Shown: positions 1 through 9,056 of the stretch, in pieces
How the letters are laid out: each line of letters begins with the position of its first letter
Numbering within the stretch: position 1 is the first letter of the stretch
DNA from: Dehalococcoidia bacterium
GTDB lineage: Bacteria > Chloroflexota > Dehalococcoidia > Dehalococcoidales > UBA1222
Direction: 5' to 3'
Assembly: GCA_009776735.1 (NCBI GenBank)
Contig: WRNG01000003.1
Span: forward strand, 1 to 51,098
DNA length: 51,098 nt
Made by a program: the position numbers and the translations under genes
The notes under the pieces: generated by a model
Database searches by the model: none
The model's input: the letters and a program-made list of their open reading frames with translations, nothing else
Told to the model about the DNA's origin: nothing

Positions 1-843
1 GCTGATATGGTATTTGTAACCGCAGGGATGGGTGGCGGAACCGGCACCGGTTCCGCGCCGGTAGTTGCTCAAATCGCCAAAGAATCCGGGGCACTCACAA
101 TTGCTGTCGTTACAAAGCCGTTCTCTTTTGAAGGTGCCCATCGTATGCAAGTTGCTCAGGAGGGTGTTAGCCGTTTATTGGGCAAGGTGGATACACTTAT
201 CATCATTCCCAATGATCGTTTACTAGATTTATGCGATCCCAAGACCGGAGTTGATGCCGCGTTCAAGATGGCAGATGATGTCTTGCGTCATGGTGTTCAA
301 GCAATCTCCGAGGTCATTACGGTTCCTGGTATGATTAACTTAGACTTTGCTGATGTGAAAGCTGTCATGAAAGATGCCGGTCCCGCTTGGATGTCGATCG
401 GGCGAGGAACAGGAAAGAATCGCGCTATCGATGCCGCTCATTCCGCTTTGGCCAGCCCACTGTTGGATGTGACTATCGAAGGTTCCAAGGGGGTTTTGTT
501 TAATATTGTCGGAGGCGTTGACCTGACGCTCTTTGAGGTTAATGAAGCCGCGCAGGTGATTAGGGAAGCAGTAGACCCGGATGCCAATATAATTTTTGGC
601 GTAGCTTCGGATGCCTCGATGGGAAATGATGTTCGCATTACGCTTGTAGCTACCGGATTTGTGAACAAGACTGAGGCTTCTTCAAAGGATGATGATGAAT
701 TTACCAAAAAGCTCAGAAACATCAAAACAGAAGAAGAATTGGATATGCCTTCATTTCTACGTCGCTGGAATAAAATTGGTTCCCAGAATCGGCGAACTAT
801 TCCTCAGGAGCAGATATCTCGCCAACAGACACGTTCTTATTAA
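1..843 (+). CDS. ftsZ: Cell division protein FtsZ (5'-truncated by window edge)
   Basis: Tubulin signature [17 protein letters not shown]7 loop, C-terminal LDMPSFLR core peptide. Confidence 0.99.
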   Translation, partial: ADMVFVTAGMGGGTGTGSAPVVAQIAKESGALTIAVVTKPFSFEGAHRMQVAQEGVSRLLGKVDTLIIIPNDRLLDLCDPKTGVDAAFKMADDVLRHGVQAISEVITVPGMINLDFADVKAVMKDAGPAWMSIGRGTGKNRAIDAAHSALASPLLDVTIEGSKGVLFNIVGGVDLTLFEVNEAAQVIREAVDPDANIIFGVASDASMGNDVRITLVATGFVNKTEASSKDDDEFTKKLRNIKTEEELDMPSFLRRWNKIGSQNRRTIPQEQISRQQTRSY

Positions 844-874
844 TTTATGAATTAGATAATGGTATTGACCCGAT

Positions 875-912
875 AAGGAGACGCTGAAATTTTTTGGCGT
901 CTCCTTTTTTTT
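875..912 (+). terminator. Rho-independent terminator after ftsZ
   Basis: AAGGAGACGC (875-884) pairs with GCGTCTCCTT (897-906), followed by a T run. Confidence 0.9.
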
Positions 913-976
913 GAGATTTTTTTCGATACAACTTATTTTAATCCATTTGTTATGCCTTCAGACCCGTTAATTCTCG

Positions 977-1005
977 TTGACTTCCACTATCTATTGTGGT
1001 AATTT
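977..1005 (+). promoter_or_regulatory. sigma70-type promoter of nrdR-nrdJ
   Basis: TTGACT (977-982), 17-bp spacer, TGn-TAATTT (1000-1005); overlaps NrdR box 1. Confidence 0.6.
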
Positions 1006-1031
1006 ATTGGGCGCAACACAATATGTAGTAG
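984..1031 (+). promoter_or_regulatory. Tandem NrdR boxes
   Basis: CCACTATCTATTGTGG (984-999) and ACACAATATGTAGTAG (1016-1031) match the acaCwAtATaTwGtgt consensus; 32-bp spacing; directly upstream of nrdR-nrdJ. Confidence 0.9.
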
Positions 1032-1038
1032 TTATGTC

Positions 1039-1524
1039 ATGAAATGTCCTTATTGCGGTCAAGACGATTCCCGTGTGGTTGATTCTCGAGACACGCTGGA
1101 AAGCGTACGGAGAAGACGTGAATGTGTGGTATGTCAAGCACGTTTTACAACGTATGAAAAAATACAGCCGGTTTGTCTGTATGTTGTAAAAAAAGATCAG
1201 CGTCGCGAGGAGTTCAATAAAGAAAAGCTGCTTTCGGGTATTCGTAAAGCCTGCCAGAAACGTCCCTTGTCTCAAGAGGCGATAGAAACCTTGGGGGATG
1301 ATATTGAGACTGAACTACTGCAAATAGGCAAGGCTGAGGTTAGCTATTCCCTTATTGGTGATTTGGTAATGGCGCATCTTAAAAAACTGGATAATATTGC
1401 CTATATCCGTTTCGCCAGTGTGTACCGGGATTTTACAGACATCATTGATTTAAAACAGGAGGTGGATACACTGATTAACCACTATTCCCCGCCGGATAAC
1501 CAAATTATCCTGCCTATAAACTAG
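1039..1524 (+). CDS. nrdR: Transcriptional repressor NrdR
   Basis: MKCPYC..RRRREC..C zinc ribbon, ATP cone, AYIRFASVY. Confidence 0.98.
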   Translation: MKCPYCGQDDSRVVDSRDTLESVRRRRECVVCQARFTTYEKIQPVCLYVVKKDQRREEFNKEKLLSGIRKACQKRPLSQEAIETLGDDIETELLQIGKAEVSYSLIGDLVMAHLKKLDNIAYIRFASVYRDFTDIIDLKQEVDTLINHYSPPDNQIILPIN

Positions 1525-1555
1525 TGGTGGTGTGGACTCAGTGTTGAGGTTTGAT

Positions 1556-4225
1556 ATGAGTAAAAATGGTATGTCCAACAAAGGAGCTGAACTGATTGAC
1601 AGCACACATATTGCCCGCGCTATTTTCAATGCCGCGTCGGCGATGGGTATTTCAGATAGGGACCGCATTGATCATATTACCAGGCAGGTTATTTCCCGCT
1701 TAGAACGCCCGGTGATACTACCTGGTTTAGAAGAATACATCCCTCAAGGTCATAACCAATTACTTACTCCGGCATATGAGTCTGATATTTTGGAGTTGGT
1801 TAAAGAGTTTCTTGCCACAGAGAAGCCGCCCAATGAAAGCGGCATTTCGCCAATCAGTTGCGGAGATAAGAAAATTGATGAGTTGCCAGCAGAGTGCTTT
1901 GCAGCCCATTCTACAACACTTGAAACAAAAAGGAATTCAAATAAGGAGACGCCCGTTATGCCAGCCATGCCTGAATTAAAAACCCCTGCAACAATTAATG
2001 ACAATGCTCTTCGCGTACTGGAAAAACGCTATTTAATGAAGGATAAAACCGGTAGGATTATTGAAAGTCCCGAAGATTTATTTAAACGTGTCGCGCATAC
2101 GATTGCGGCTGCTGAAAAGAAGCATAACCCAAATGCCGATGTCAAGAGTTGGGAGGATAAATTCTTTGCCACAATGTCAGCCTTGGAGTTTCTCCCCAAT
2201 TCTCCCACCCTTATGAATGCCGGACGTGAACTAGGACAACTATCGGCTTGTTTCGTACTTCCCATTGAAGACTCTATGGAGTCGATTTTTGAAGCGGTGA
2301 AGAATACGGCTTTGATTCATAAAAGCGGAGGAGGCACGGGTTTTTCTTTCTCGCATCTGCGACCGGAAACAGACAGGGTGGGGACAACCGGCGGTGTGGC
2401 CAGTGGTCCGGTGTCTTTTATGCGAGCTTTTGATGTGGCTACCGATGTTATAAAACAAGGCGGCACGCGACGTGGTGCCAATATGGCTATCTTAAATGTT
2501 ACGCACCCCGATATTTATCGGTTCATTACTTCTAAAGAGGATATGCTCTCTCTTACCAATTTTAACATCTCAGTTGCTGTTACCACTGGTTTTATGCAAG
2601 CAGTAAAAGACGGAACGGATTATGAGTTAATCAATCCGCGCACCAAAGAGCCGGCGGGGAAGCAAAATGCCAGAGAAGTGTTTGATAAAATGGTGGAGCT
2701 GGCTTGGAAGACCGGTGACCCGGGCGTGATATTTATTGATCGTATAAACCAAGATAACCCTACTCCTAATCTGGGAAATATTGAGAGCACTAACCCCTGC
2801 GGAGAACAGCCGCTACTCCCATATGAGAGTTGTAATTTAGGCTCCATTAATCTGTCGCGTATGATTAAAATTAATGGAAAGGCAGAAATAGATTTTGCCA
2901 AGCTGGAGAATACAGTAAAACTGGCGTTGCGTTTCTTGGACAACGTTATTGACGTCAATCGGTTCCCGCTTCCGGCAATTGGTGAAATGACGCAGCGCAC
3001 GAGAAAAATCGGTTTAGGTGTGATGGGCTTTGCTGATATGCTTATACAGCTAGGCATTCCGTATAACTCTGAGGAAGCTCTTGATGTGGCTGAGGCAGTT
3101 ATGGGCACAATAAACGATATAGCGCATAAAACTTCTATTGAATTGGGCGAGGAGCGTGGGGAATTCCCCGCTTTTGAGGGCAGCGTTTATGACAAGCCTA
3201 ATGCTGCCAAAGTGCGCAATGCTTCTTGTACTACGATCGCTCCAACCGGAACACTTTCAATTATTGCTGGTTGTTCGGGCGGTATTGAGCCGGTTTTTGC
3301 CTTGTCTTTCACGAGAAACATTCTTGATGGTGCGAAATTTATTGAGGTGAATCCTTATTTTGAGGATGCCGCACGTAAGGGAGGGTTTTATTCTGAGGAA
3401 CTTATGCAGAGGCTGGCTGAAGGGGAACACTTGAAAGATATGGAGGAAGTGCCCGATAGTATTAAACGAGTTTTTGTGACGGCACATGATATTAGTGTTG
3501 AGTGGCACGTGCGTATGCAGTCAGCATTCCAGCATCATACCGATAATGCGGTTTCCAAAACGGTAAACTTTCCCAAAGAGGCCACTATTGAAGATGTGTA
3601 TAAAGTATATATGATGGCCTATGAAGAAAAATTGAAGGGCGTTACAATTTATCGTGACGGAAGTCGTGACGGACAAGTATTAACAACCGGAAATGGTGGA
3701 GTTAAAGAGGAAAAAACAGTCGTTAGGGGGGAGAACGCGCAGTTATCGCCGCGTAAACGTTCTAAGGTCACGAGAGGTTTTACCGAACGTGTAACAACAG
3801 GGTGTGGCTATATTTATGTTACCGTTAACTCGGATGAATACGGAATCTGTGAGGTTTTTTCTCATCTTGGTAAGACTGGAGGATGTGCGGCGGCACAATT
3901 GGAATCAGCCTGTCGGTTGATCTCGCTTGGACTGCGTTCGGGAATTGACGTAAATTCATTGGTCAAACAGCTTAAAGGCATTCGGTGTCCTTCTATTGCC
4001 TGGGAGAACGGCAAGTCAATCCTGTCCTGTGCCGACGCGATTGCCGGAGTATTAGAACGTCAAGCTGTTCTTGCTCAAGGAGAAGATGAGGGCATAAATA
4101 CTCCCATAACCCAGGATTTGGGATTAGTGAAAAATGTGGCTGGGCAATGCCCGGAATGCACCAGTTTGCTTTCATACCAGGAAGGGTGTTTGGTATGTCC
4201 GAGTTGCGGTTATACTAAATGCTAA
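1556..4225 (+). CDS. nrdJ: Class II (adenosylcobalamin-dependent) ribonucleotide reductase with C-terminal TSCPD-like domain and zinc ribbon
   Basis: PNSPTLMN, SACFV, TNPCGEQPL, ESCNLGS, TIAPTGT, LSCADAI, terminal CPEC..CPSCGYTKC. ATG 1556 chosen because GAGG precedes it; the ORF track starts at GTG 1532. Confidence 0.96.
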   Translation: MSKNGMSNKGAELIDSTHIARAIFNAASAMGISDRDRIDHITRQVISRLERPVILPGLEEYIPQGHNQLLTPAYESDILELVKEFLATEKPPNESGISPISCGDKKIDELPAECFAAHSTTLETKRNSNKETPVMPAMPELKTPATINDNALRVLEKRYLMKDKTGRIIESPEDLFKRVAHTIAAAEKKHNPNADVKSWEDKFFATMSALEFLPNSPTLMNAGRELGQLSACFVLPIEDSMESIFEAVKNTALIHKSGGGTGFSFSHLRPETDRVGTTGGVASGPVSFMRAFDVATDVIKQGGTRRGANMAILNVTHPDIYRFITSKEDMLSLTNFNISVAVTTGFMQAVKDGTDYELINPRTKEPAGKQNAREVFDKMVELAWKTGDPGVIFIDRINQDNPTPNLGNIESTNPCGEQPLLPYESCNLGSINLSRMIKINGKAEIDFAKLENTVKLALRFLDNVIDVNRFPLPAIGEMTQRTRKIGLGVMGFADMLIQLGIPYNSEEALDVAEAVMGTINDIAHKTSIELGEERGEFPAFEGSVYDKPNAAKVRNASCTTIAPTGTLSIIAGCSGGIEPVFALSFTRNILDGAKFIEVNPYFEDAARKGGFYSEELMQRLAEGEHLKDMEEVPDSIKRVFVTAHDISVEWHVRMQSAFQHHTDNAVSKTVNFPKEATIEDVYKVYMMAYEEKLKGVTIYRDGSRDGQVLTTGNGGVKEEKTVVRGENAQLSPRKRSKVTRGFTERVTTGCGYIYVTVNSDEYGICEVFSHLGKTGGCAAAQLESACRLISLGLRSGIDVNSLVKQLKGIRCPSIAWENGKSILSCADAIAGVLERQAVLAQGEDEGINTPITQDLGLVKNVAGQCPECTSLLSYQEGCLVCPSCGYTKC

Positions 4226-4259
4226 TATCGGCAAACGAAATCAACTGAAAGGAGCGCAT

Positions 4260-5015
4260 ATTATCAACAGAGACGAACGGGTAATGGTATTTATTGATGG
4301 CTCAAATATGTATCACTCATTAAAAGCCTTTTTTAAACGCACCGATCTTGATTTAGCCTTATTCAGTCGTAAGCTGATAGAAAAACGACATTTGGTGCGT
4401 ATGTATTATTACAATGCGGTAGTAGGAAAACAGGAAGAGCCGGAGCGTTTCAAAGATCAAGAAAAATTTTTTAAGAGCGTGTCTACGATTCCTTATACCG
4501 AACTGCGCTTGGGACGGTTGGTGTATACCAACCAGTGGCCTGGCAGTCCGCCATTTGAAAAGGGGGTGGACGTTCAACTTGCTACCGATATGATTACACA
4601 TGCTTTTAAAAATAACTTTGATGTAGCCATTCTAGTGGCAGGCGATAATGATTTTGTTGGTGCGATACAGGCCGTCAAAGACAACGGAAAACATGTTGAA
4701 GTAGCTCTATTCGGACAGGAGCGTACATCACGCCAACTTAGGGACGCTGCCGATAGGATTATCACGCTTGATGGGCGTATAATGCGGGGTTGTTGGAAGG
4801 GGCCGCAATCAAGCCAGGGTAATTCCAAACCTCGATTAAAACCGGTTAGTACTAATAACAACACCAAATTTCATTCTAACCGGAGTGGACAACACTCCGA
4901 ACCGTATTATGCCGAGCATTTAAAACCGGCGAATGAAATCCATGACGACGTGAATGAAAATGGGCAAGAGATTTTACCTCTGAATTCTTGGCATAATCCG
5001 TACAATGGACCTTGA
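4260..5015 (+). CDS. NYN domain (LabA/DUF88, PIN-like) protein with disordered C-terminal tail; start uncertain
   Basis: FIDGSN, EKGVDV, LVAGDNDF, GKHVEV motifs; SD AAAGGAG at 4248-4254. Confidence 0.9.
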   Translation: MINRDERVMVFIDGSNMYHSLKAFFKRTDLDLALFSRKLIEKRHLVRMYYYNAVVGKQEEPERFKDQEKFFKSVSTIPYTELRLGRLVYTNQWPGSPPFEKGVDVQLATDMITHAFKNNFDVAILVAGDNDFVGAIQAVKDNGKHVEVALFGQERTSRQLRDAADRIITLDGRIMRGCWKGPQSSQGNSKPRLKPVSTNNNTKFHSNRSGQHSEPYYAEHLKPANEIHDDVNENGQEILPLNSWHNPYNGP

Positions 5016-5153
5016 CACTCCCCATAACTCAAATCAAATGATTCCTGATTCAACGCCCATAGAGTAGCGTCTTACATGAACTCCAAAGCGCGTTGCGATA
5101 ACCTGAGCAGAACTGTTTTCTTTGTCGCATATTGAAAACATAAGCGGGATAAC

Positions 5154-6719
5154 ATGAGTAGCAGACAGGGAAGTAAAAGTAACAGCCGACTATCTGGCCG
5201 TGCCGATTTTTTCAGCGGGGGGCGTTTGCGTGAGGAGGAGGGGGTAGTCATTCGTGACTGGGGAGGGCGTTATCCCATTGCCATAATCTATCCAAACAAA
5301 TATTTTATTGGCATGTCGAATCTAGGTATACAGGCGCTATATGGGTACCTAAATGCTTGTTCGGGAATAATTGGGGAAAGAGTGTTCTGGGAGAATGATG
5401 GCAAACCGCTCTTAAGTATTGAGTCATCACGTCCCTTGATGGATTTTGCCTGTCTGGCTTTCTCTTTCTCGTACGAATTGGATTACCTTAACCTGGCTGC
5501 TATCCTACGCGATGCAGGAATACCGCTTTGGGCCAAAGATCGAGGAGACAATCACCCACTGCTTATTGCCGGAGGCCCTTGTATTACTGCCAATCCGTCT
5601 CCGGTAGCTCCTTTTTTTGATGTATTGTGTATTGGCGAGGCGGAAGCAATCCTACCCGACGTATTACCAATTTTATCTGAGGGCTTGGGACGAATCGAGT
5701 TGTTAACTAGGTTGAACTCCGTGCCGGGATTATGTGTACCATCCCTAGCCAATAGACGAACTATTCAACGTCGATGGTTAAAATCAATTAATGAATATCC
5801 GACGCATTCTGTTGTTCTTACTCGTGACACTGAATTGGGAGACTTATATCTAATTGAGGTAGAGCGCGGATGTAGTGCTTACTGCAATTTTTGTTTGGTC
5901 AGTAGAATATTCTGCCCGTTGCGGTTTCATTCCTATGATTCTTTGATACGGCAAGTGTGCGAGGGGCTCAAATATCGTACGCGGATCGGATTGGTGGGTC
6001 CAGTGGTAACCGATCATCCACAGATTGAGGATTTACTTGACGCAATACTGAAACTTGGAGCTGGTTTTTCTGTCAGTTCCATGCGTATAAAGAGCTTAAC
6101 AGAGTCGTTGTTAGGCAAAATGGTGTGTGGAGGGGTTAATTCTATCGCTCTTGCTCCTGAGGCAGGTTCGGATCGTCTTCGTTACGTAATTCGTAAAGGG
6201 TTTGACGAGAAGGAAATAATGAGCGCAATTGATATGGTGGCAAAACACCCTTTTAAACGTTTGAAATTATATTTTATGGTCGGGCTTCCTTCAGAAACCA
6301 CAGAAGACGTGGCATCCATTGTGGATTTGGCCCTGAAGTGTCAGAAACGCCTTGACAGTAAAAAACAAGGCTGTCGGATAAGACTAAACATAGCGCCATT
6401 TGTCCCTAAAGCTGGGACTCCTTTTCAGCGGATGGGAATGATGGAAGAGTCAGTTTTAAGCGAACGTATAAACTATATACGTGATCACCTTAGCGGAGAA
6501 GGGTTGGAGGTTAATGCTGAGAGCCCTCAGTGGAGTCATGTTCAAGCAACTCTCTCACGAGGCGACTCTTCTTTGGCTGGCGCCTTAGCCGTGCTTGATA
6601 AAGTTTCTTTAGCAAATTGGCGAAGCGCAGGTAAGAAAATGGGGGTTAATCTAGCGCATTTCGCATTACAGACCTGGCAACAGCAAGAGAAGCTACCTTG
6701 GGGAATGATAAGGCTTTAG
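5154..6719 (+). CDS. Radical SAM protein with N-terminal B12-binding-like region
   Basis: ERGCSAYCNFC (CxxxCxxC), YPNKYFIGMSNLG, APEAGSDRLR, KLYFMVGLP, FVPKAGTPF. Confidence 0.9.
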   Translation: MSSRQGSKSNSRLSGRADFFSGGRLREEEGVVIRDWGGRYPIAIIYPNKYFIGMSNLGIQALYGYLNACSGIIGERVFWENDGKPLLSIESSRPLMDFACLAFSFSYELDYLNLAAILRDAGIPLWAKDRGDNHPLLIAGGPCITANPSPVAPFFDVLCIGEAEAILPDVLPILSEGLGRIELLTRLNSVPGLCVPSLANRRTIQRRWLKSINEYPTHSVVLTRDTELGDLYLIEVERGCSAYCNFCLVSRIFCPLRFHSYDSLIRQVCEGLKYRTRIGLVGPVVTDHPQIEDLLDAILKLGAGFSVSSMRIKSLTESLLGKMVCGGVNSIALAPEAGSDRLRYVIRKGFDEKEIMSAIDMVAKHPFKRLKLYFMVGLPSETTEDVASIVDLALKCQKRLDSKKQGCRIRLNIAPFVPKAGTPFQRMGMMEESVLSERINYIRDHLSGEGLEVNAESPQWSHVQATLSRGDSSLAGALAVLDKVSLANWRSAGKKMGVNLAHFALQTWQQQEKLPWGMIRL

Positions 6720-6738
6720 GGAGTATAAACTGCTTATC

Positions 6739-7191
6739 TTAATTTCCAAGTAGTTCGTTGACAATGAGGTTCACTTCTTGTCCATCGGCCTTGCCTCTAA
6801 CCATGGGCATCAGCTTTGGCATAAGCTTGTTTTTTTCATGCGGACCTTGGCAACCAGTTTCGGCAATCAGTTGTTTTACAAGAGAAGTGATTTCATCTCG
6901 GCTCATTTGCGTAGGGAGGTAACTTTTCAAGATGTTCATTTCAGCTTCTTCCTTGGCGGCTAACTCAGGACGATTTGCCGAACTAAATGCTGCAATACTT
7001 TCACGCCGTTGTTTTATTTCTTTGGAGATAACACCATGTATTTCGCTATCGGTTAGAGTAGCTCGTTTAGCTATTTCTGAATAATTGATGGACGAGAGAA
7101 GCATTCGAATCACCGAGCAACGCAAAGTGTCTCCACTACGCAAAGCTTGTTTTAAATCATCATTGAACTTTGTTTTAAGAGAGATCTCCAT
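6739..7191 (-). CDS. yqeY: GatB/YqeY domain protein
   Basis: KQRRESIAAF..R.ELA.KE.AE..IL..YLP.QMS, GKADG. Confidence 0.93.
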   Translation of the reverse strand: MEISLKTKFNDDLKQALRSGDTLRCSVIRMLLSSINYSEIAKRATLTDSEIHGVISKEIKQRRESIAAFSSANRPELAAKEEAEMNILKSYLPTQMSRDEITSLVKQLIAETGCQGPHEKNKLMPKLMPMVRGKADGQEVNLIVNELLGN

Positions 7192-7276
7192 CCCCGTGCT
7201 CCTTGAATACTTTTTAGTTTTGTAACTTGACCAGAAAAACCTTCGTTAGCCATGATAAGTATATGAACTCATCACA

Positions 7277-7305
7277 ATTTTATTCTAGATGACTGTTCGT
7301 GTCAA
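7277..7305 (-). promoter_or_regulatory. sigma70 promoter for yqeY
   Basis: Minus strand TTGACA-17bp-TAAAAT. Confidence 0.7.
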
Positions 7306-7607
7306 AGCATTATTGTGGGTGCGGTGAAATCATTGTGCATGTTCGGAAAACCAATTTGTAGTAGAATAACTCAGATGTAGTTATTCTTTTTCGTGGTACT
7401 CCTTACCTTCCGTGAAGAGGCTCTCTTGGCGATATCCATGCCGCGGCCAAAGAAAAGACCGCTACTAGGAATCTTGAGCGCATCGCCAGCAAGACTGACA
7501 GAGGCTTGGAACGGGAAGCAAAAGGTAAGTCTTTTCGCACAAACTGGCGGAGCTTAATTGTTAACATTTGCAAACATTTGTGCCACGACCAATGAATTGG
7601 GATAAAG

Positions 7608-8177
7608 ATGGGTTTATTAGAGTTTTTGCTGTTGGCCATAGGGTTGTCCATGGATGCTTTCGCAGTAGCAATATGTATCGGATTGTCATATGCCCGTGTC
7701 CATGTGAAAACAGCAGTAATTGTCGGCTTATACTTCGCTACTTTTCAAGCCATTATGCCATTAATTGGCTATATGATTGCAATATTATTTGCCGACATGA
7801 TTATTATGGTTGACCATTGGATTGCTTTCGGATTGCTTTGCTTTCTCGGGGCTAAAATGATTGTTAGTAGCTTCAAAAAAGAGAGAGAGCCTTTTAAACA
7901 GTTTACTTTAGTACCATCACGTATGCTACCGCTTGCTGTTGCTACAAGTATTGATGCTTTGGCAATTGGGATATCGTTTGCTTTCCTACATGTTAACGTT
8001 GTTTCAGCTGTTTTGCTTATTGGTAGTATAACCTTTGTTATTTCAATAATGGGTGTAAAAATTGGAAGTATATTTGGTGGAAGGTTTAAATCAAAAGCAG
8101 AACTTGTTGGCGGGGTTATTTTGGTGTTGATAGGACTAAAGATACTACTTAGTCATTTAGAAATAATCAGTTTCTAA
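7608..8177 (+). CDS. mntP: Manganese efflux pump MntP family
   Basis: GLSMDAFAVA, FQAIMPLIG, DHWIAF, ATSIDALAIG, AELVGGVIL. Confidence 0.95.
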   Translation: MGLLEFLLLAIGLSMDAFAVAICIGLSYARVHVKTAVIVGLYFATFQAIMPLIGYMIAILFADMIIMVDHWIAFGLLCFLGAKMIVSSFKKEREPFKQFTLVPSRMLPLAVATSIDALAIGISFAFLHVNVVSAVLLIGSITFVISIMGVKIGSIFGGRFKSKAELVGGVILVLIGLKILLSHLEIISF

Positions 8178-8404
8178 TGCCAATGCTAAGGCTGCGTTAT
8201 GGGAGTTGTCGCCAACCATATTTTCAAGATATCTTTGTGCTATTTTATGCCTAATTATTGCTAATACTTTGCCATGCCTTTTGGTATAAGACGGCTCTAT
8301 GGGCATCGTGGGGTCGGTTTTTGTTATAGTTTCCAGTTGAATCCAGCGTTAGGCATGGATTCGTTAGTTATGACCTCAATTTTGCTAGTTGTACATATCA
8401 TGAT

Positions 8405-8519
8405 TCAACCTCCTATTCTTTCGAGGACTTCTTTAGTATAGGCCTCTCCTTGTTCAGCTGCTTTGAGACACCATTTCATGGCTTCTTTATCATTTGGGGG
8501 GCTGTTGTGAAACCATTGT
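8405..8519 (-). pseudogene. Remnant of a Sel1-like repeat protein
   Basis: Minus frame reads NDKEAMKWCLKAAEQGEAYTKEVLERIGG*, a Sel1 repeat pattern (A..W..KAAEQG); stop codon just upstream. Confidence 0.6.
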
Positions 8520-8547
8520 TAGCCTATTTCCTTGGCATAATAAGACT

Positions 8548-8576
8548 TTGACATTATTTATTCCCTTCGATAGAGT
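8548..8576 (+). promoter_or_regulatory. rnpB promoter
   Basis: TTGACA (8548-8553), 17 bp, TAGAGT (8571-8576), 7 nt before the P1 helix. Confidence 0.75.
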
Positions 8577-8583
8577 ATAAGAG

Positions 8584-8935
8584 ACCAAGCAATTCAGATG
8601 ATCGCTGGTTTTTTAAACGAGAGGAAAGTCCGAGCTCCACCAGGCATGATGCTGGATAACATCCAGGAGGGGTGACCCTACGGCACAGTGCCACAGAAAC
8701 AAACCGCCTTGGTTTTCCGAGGTAAGGGTGAAATGGCGAGGTAAGAGCTCACCGACGCACCGGGTGACCGGTCGGTCGGGCAAACCCCATCAGGAGCAAG
8801 ACCGAATAGGAGGATATAGGATGCCTGTCCTGTCCTCGGGTTGGTCGCATGAACATGGCGGTAACGCAGTGTCTAGATAGATGATCATCGCCCGCTTTTA
8901 GCGGGAACAGAACTCGGCTTATCGAATTGCTTGGT
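8584..8935 (+). ncRNA. rnpB: RNase P RNA, bacterial type A
   Basis: GAGGAAAGTCCGAGC, AGTGCCACAGAAAC, AAGGGTGAAA, ACAGAACTCGGCTTA; P1 ACCAAGCAATTC/GAATTGCTTGGT. Confidence 0.98.
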
Positions 8936-9056
8936 TATTCCTTGGTAAGGGTTTATTATGGAGAGGGAGCGTTTTGCCGTTCTCAAGTCATGTTGCTATG
9001 CTATTCCCAGATATTAATAACGCGAATTCTGCTGGTATTCAATGAAGGAGTTTACG

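Noticed and set aside
1556-4225. Intein or intron in nrdJ
   Set aside because: Catalytic motifs are contiguous; no C...HN-C/S/T splice junctions or homing endonuclease motifs
7390-7607. yybP-ykoY (Mn2+) riboswitch upstream of mntP
   Set aside because: No GGGGAGUA / GUCA..AC / GAGACC core could be located; the stretch looks more like a stop-interrupted coding remnant of unknown family
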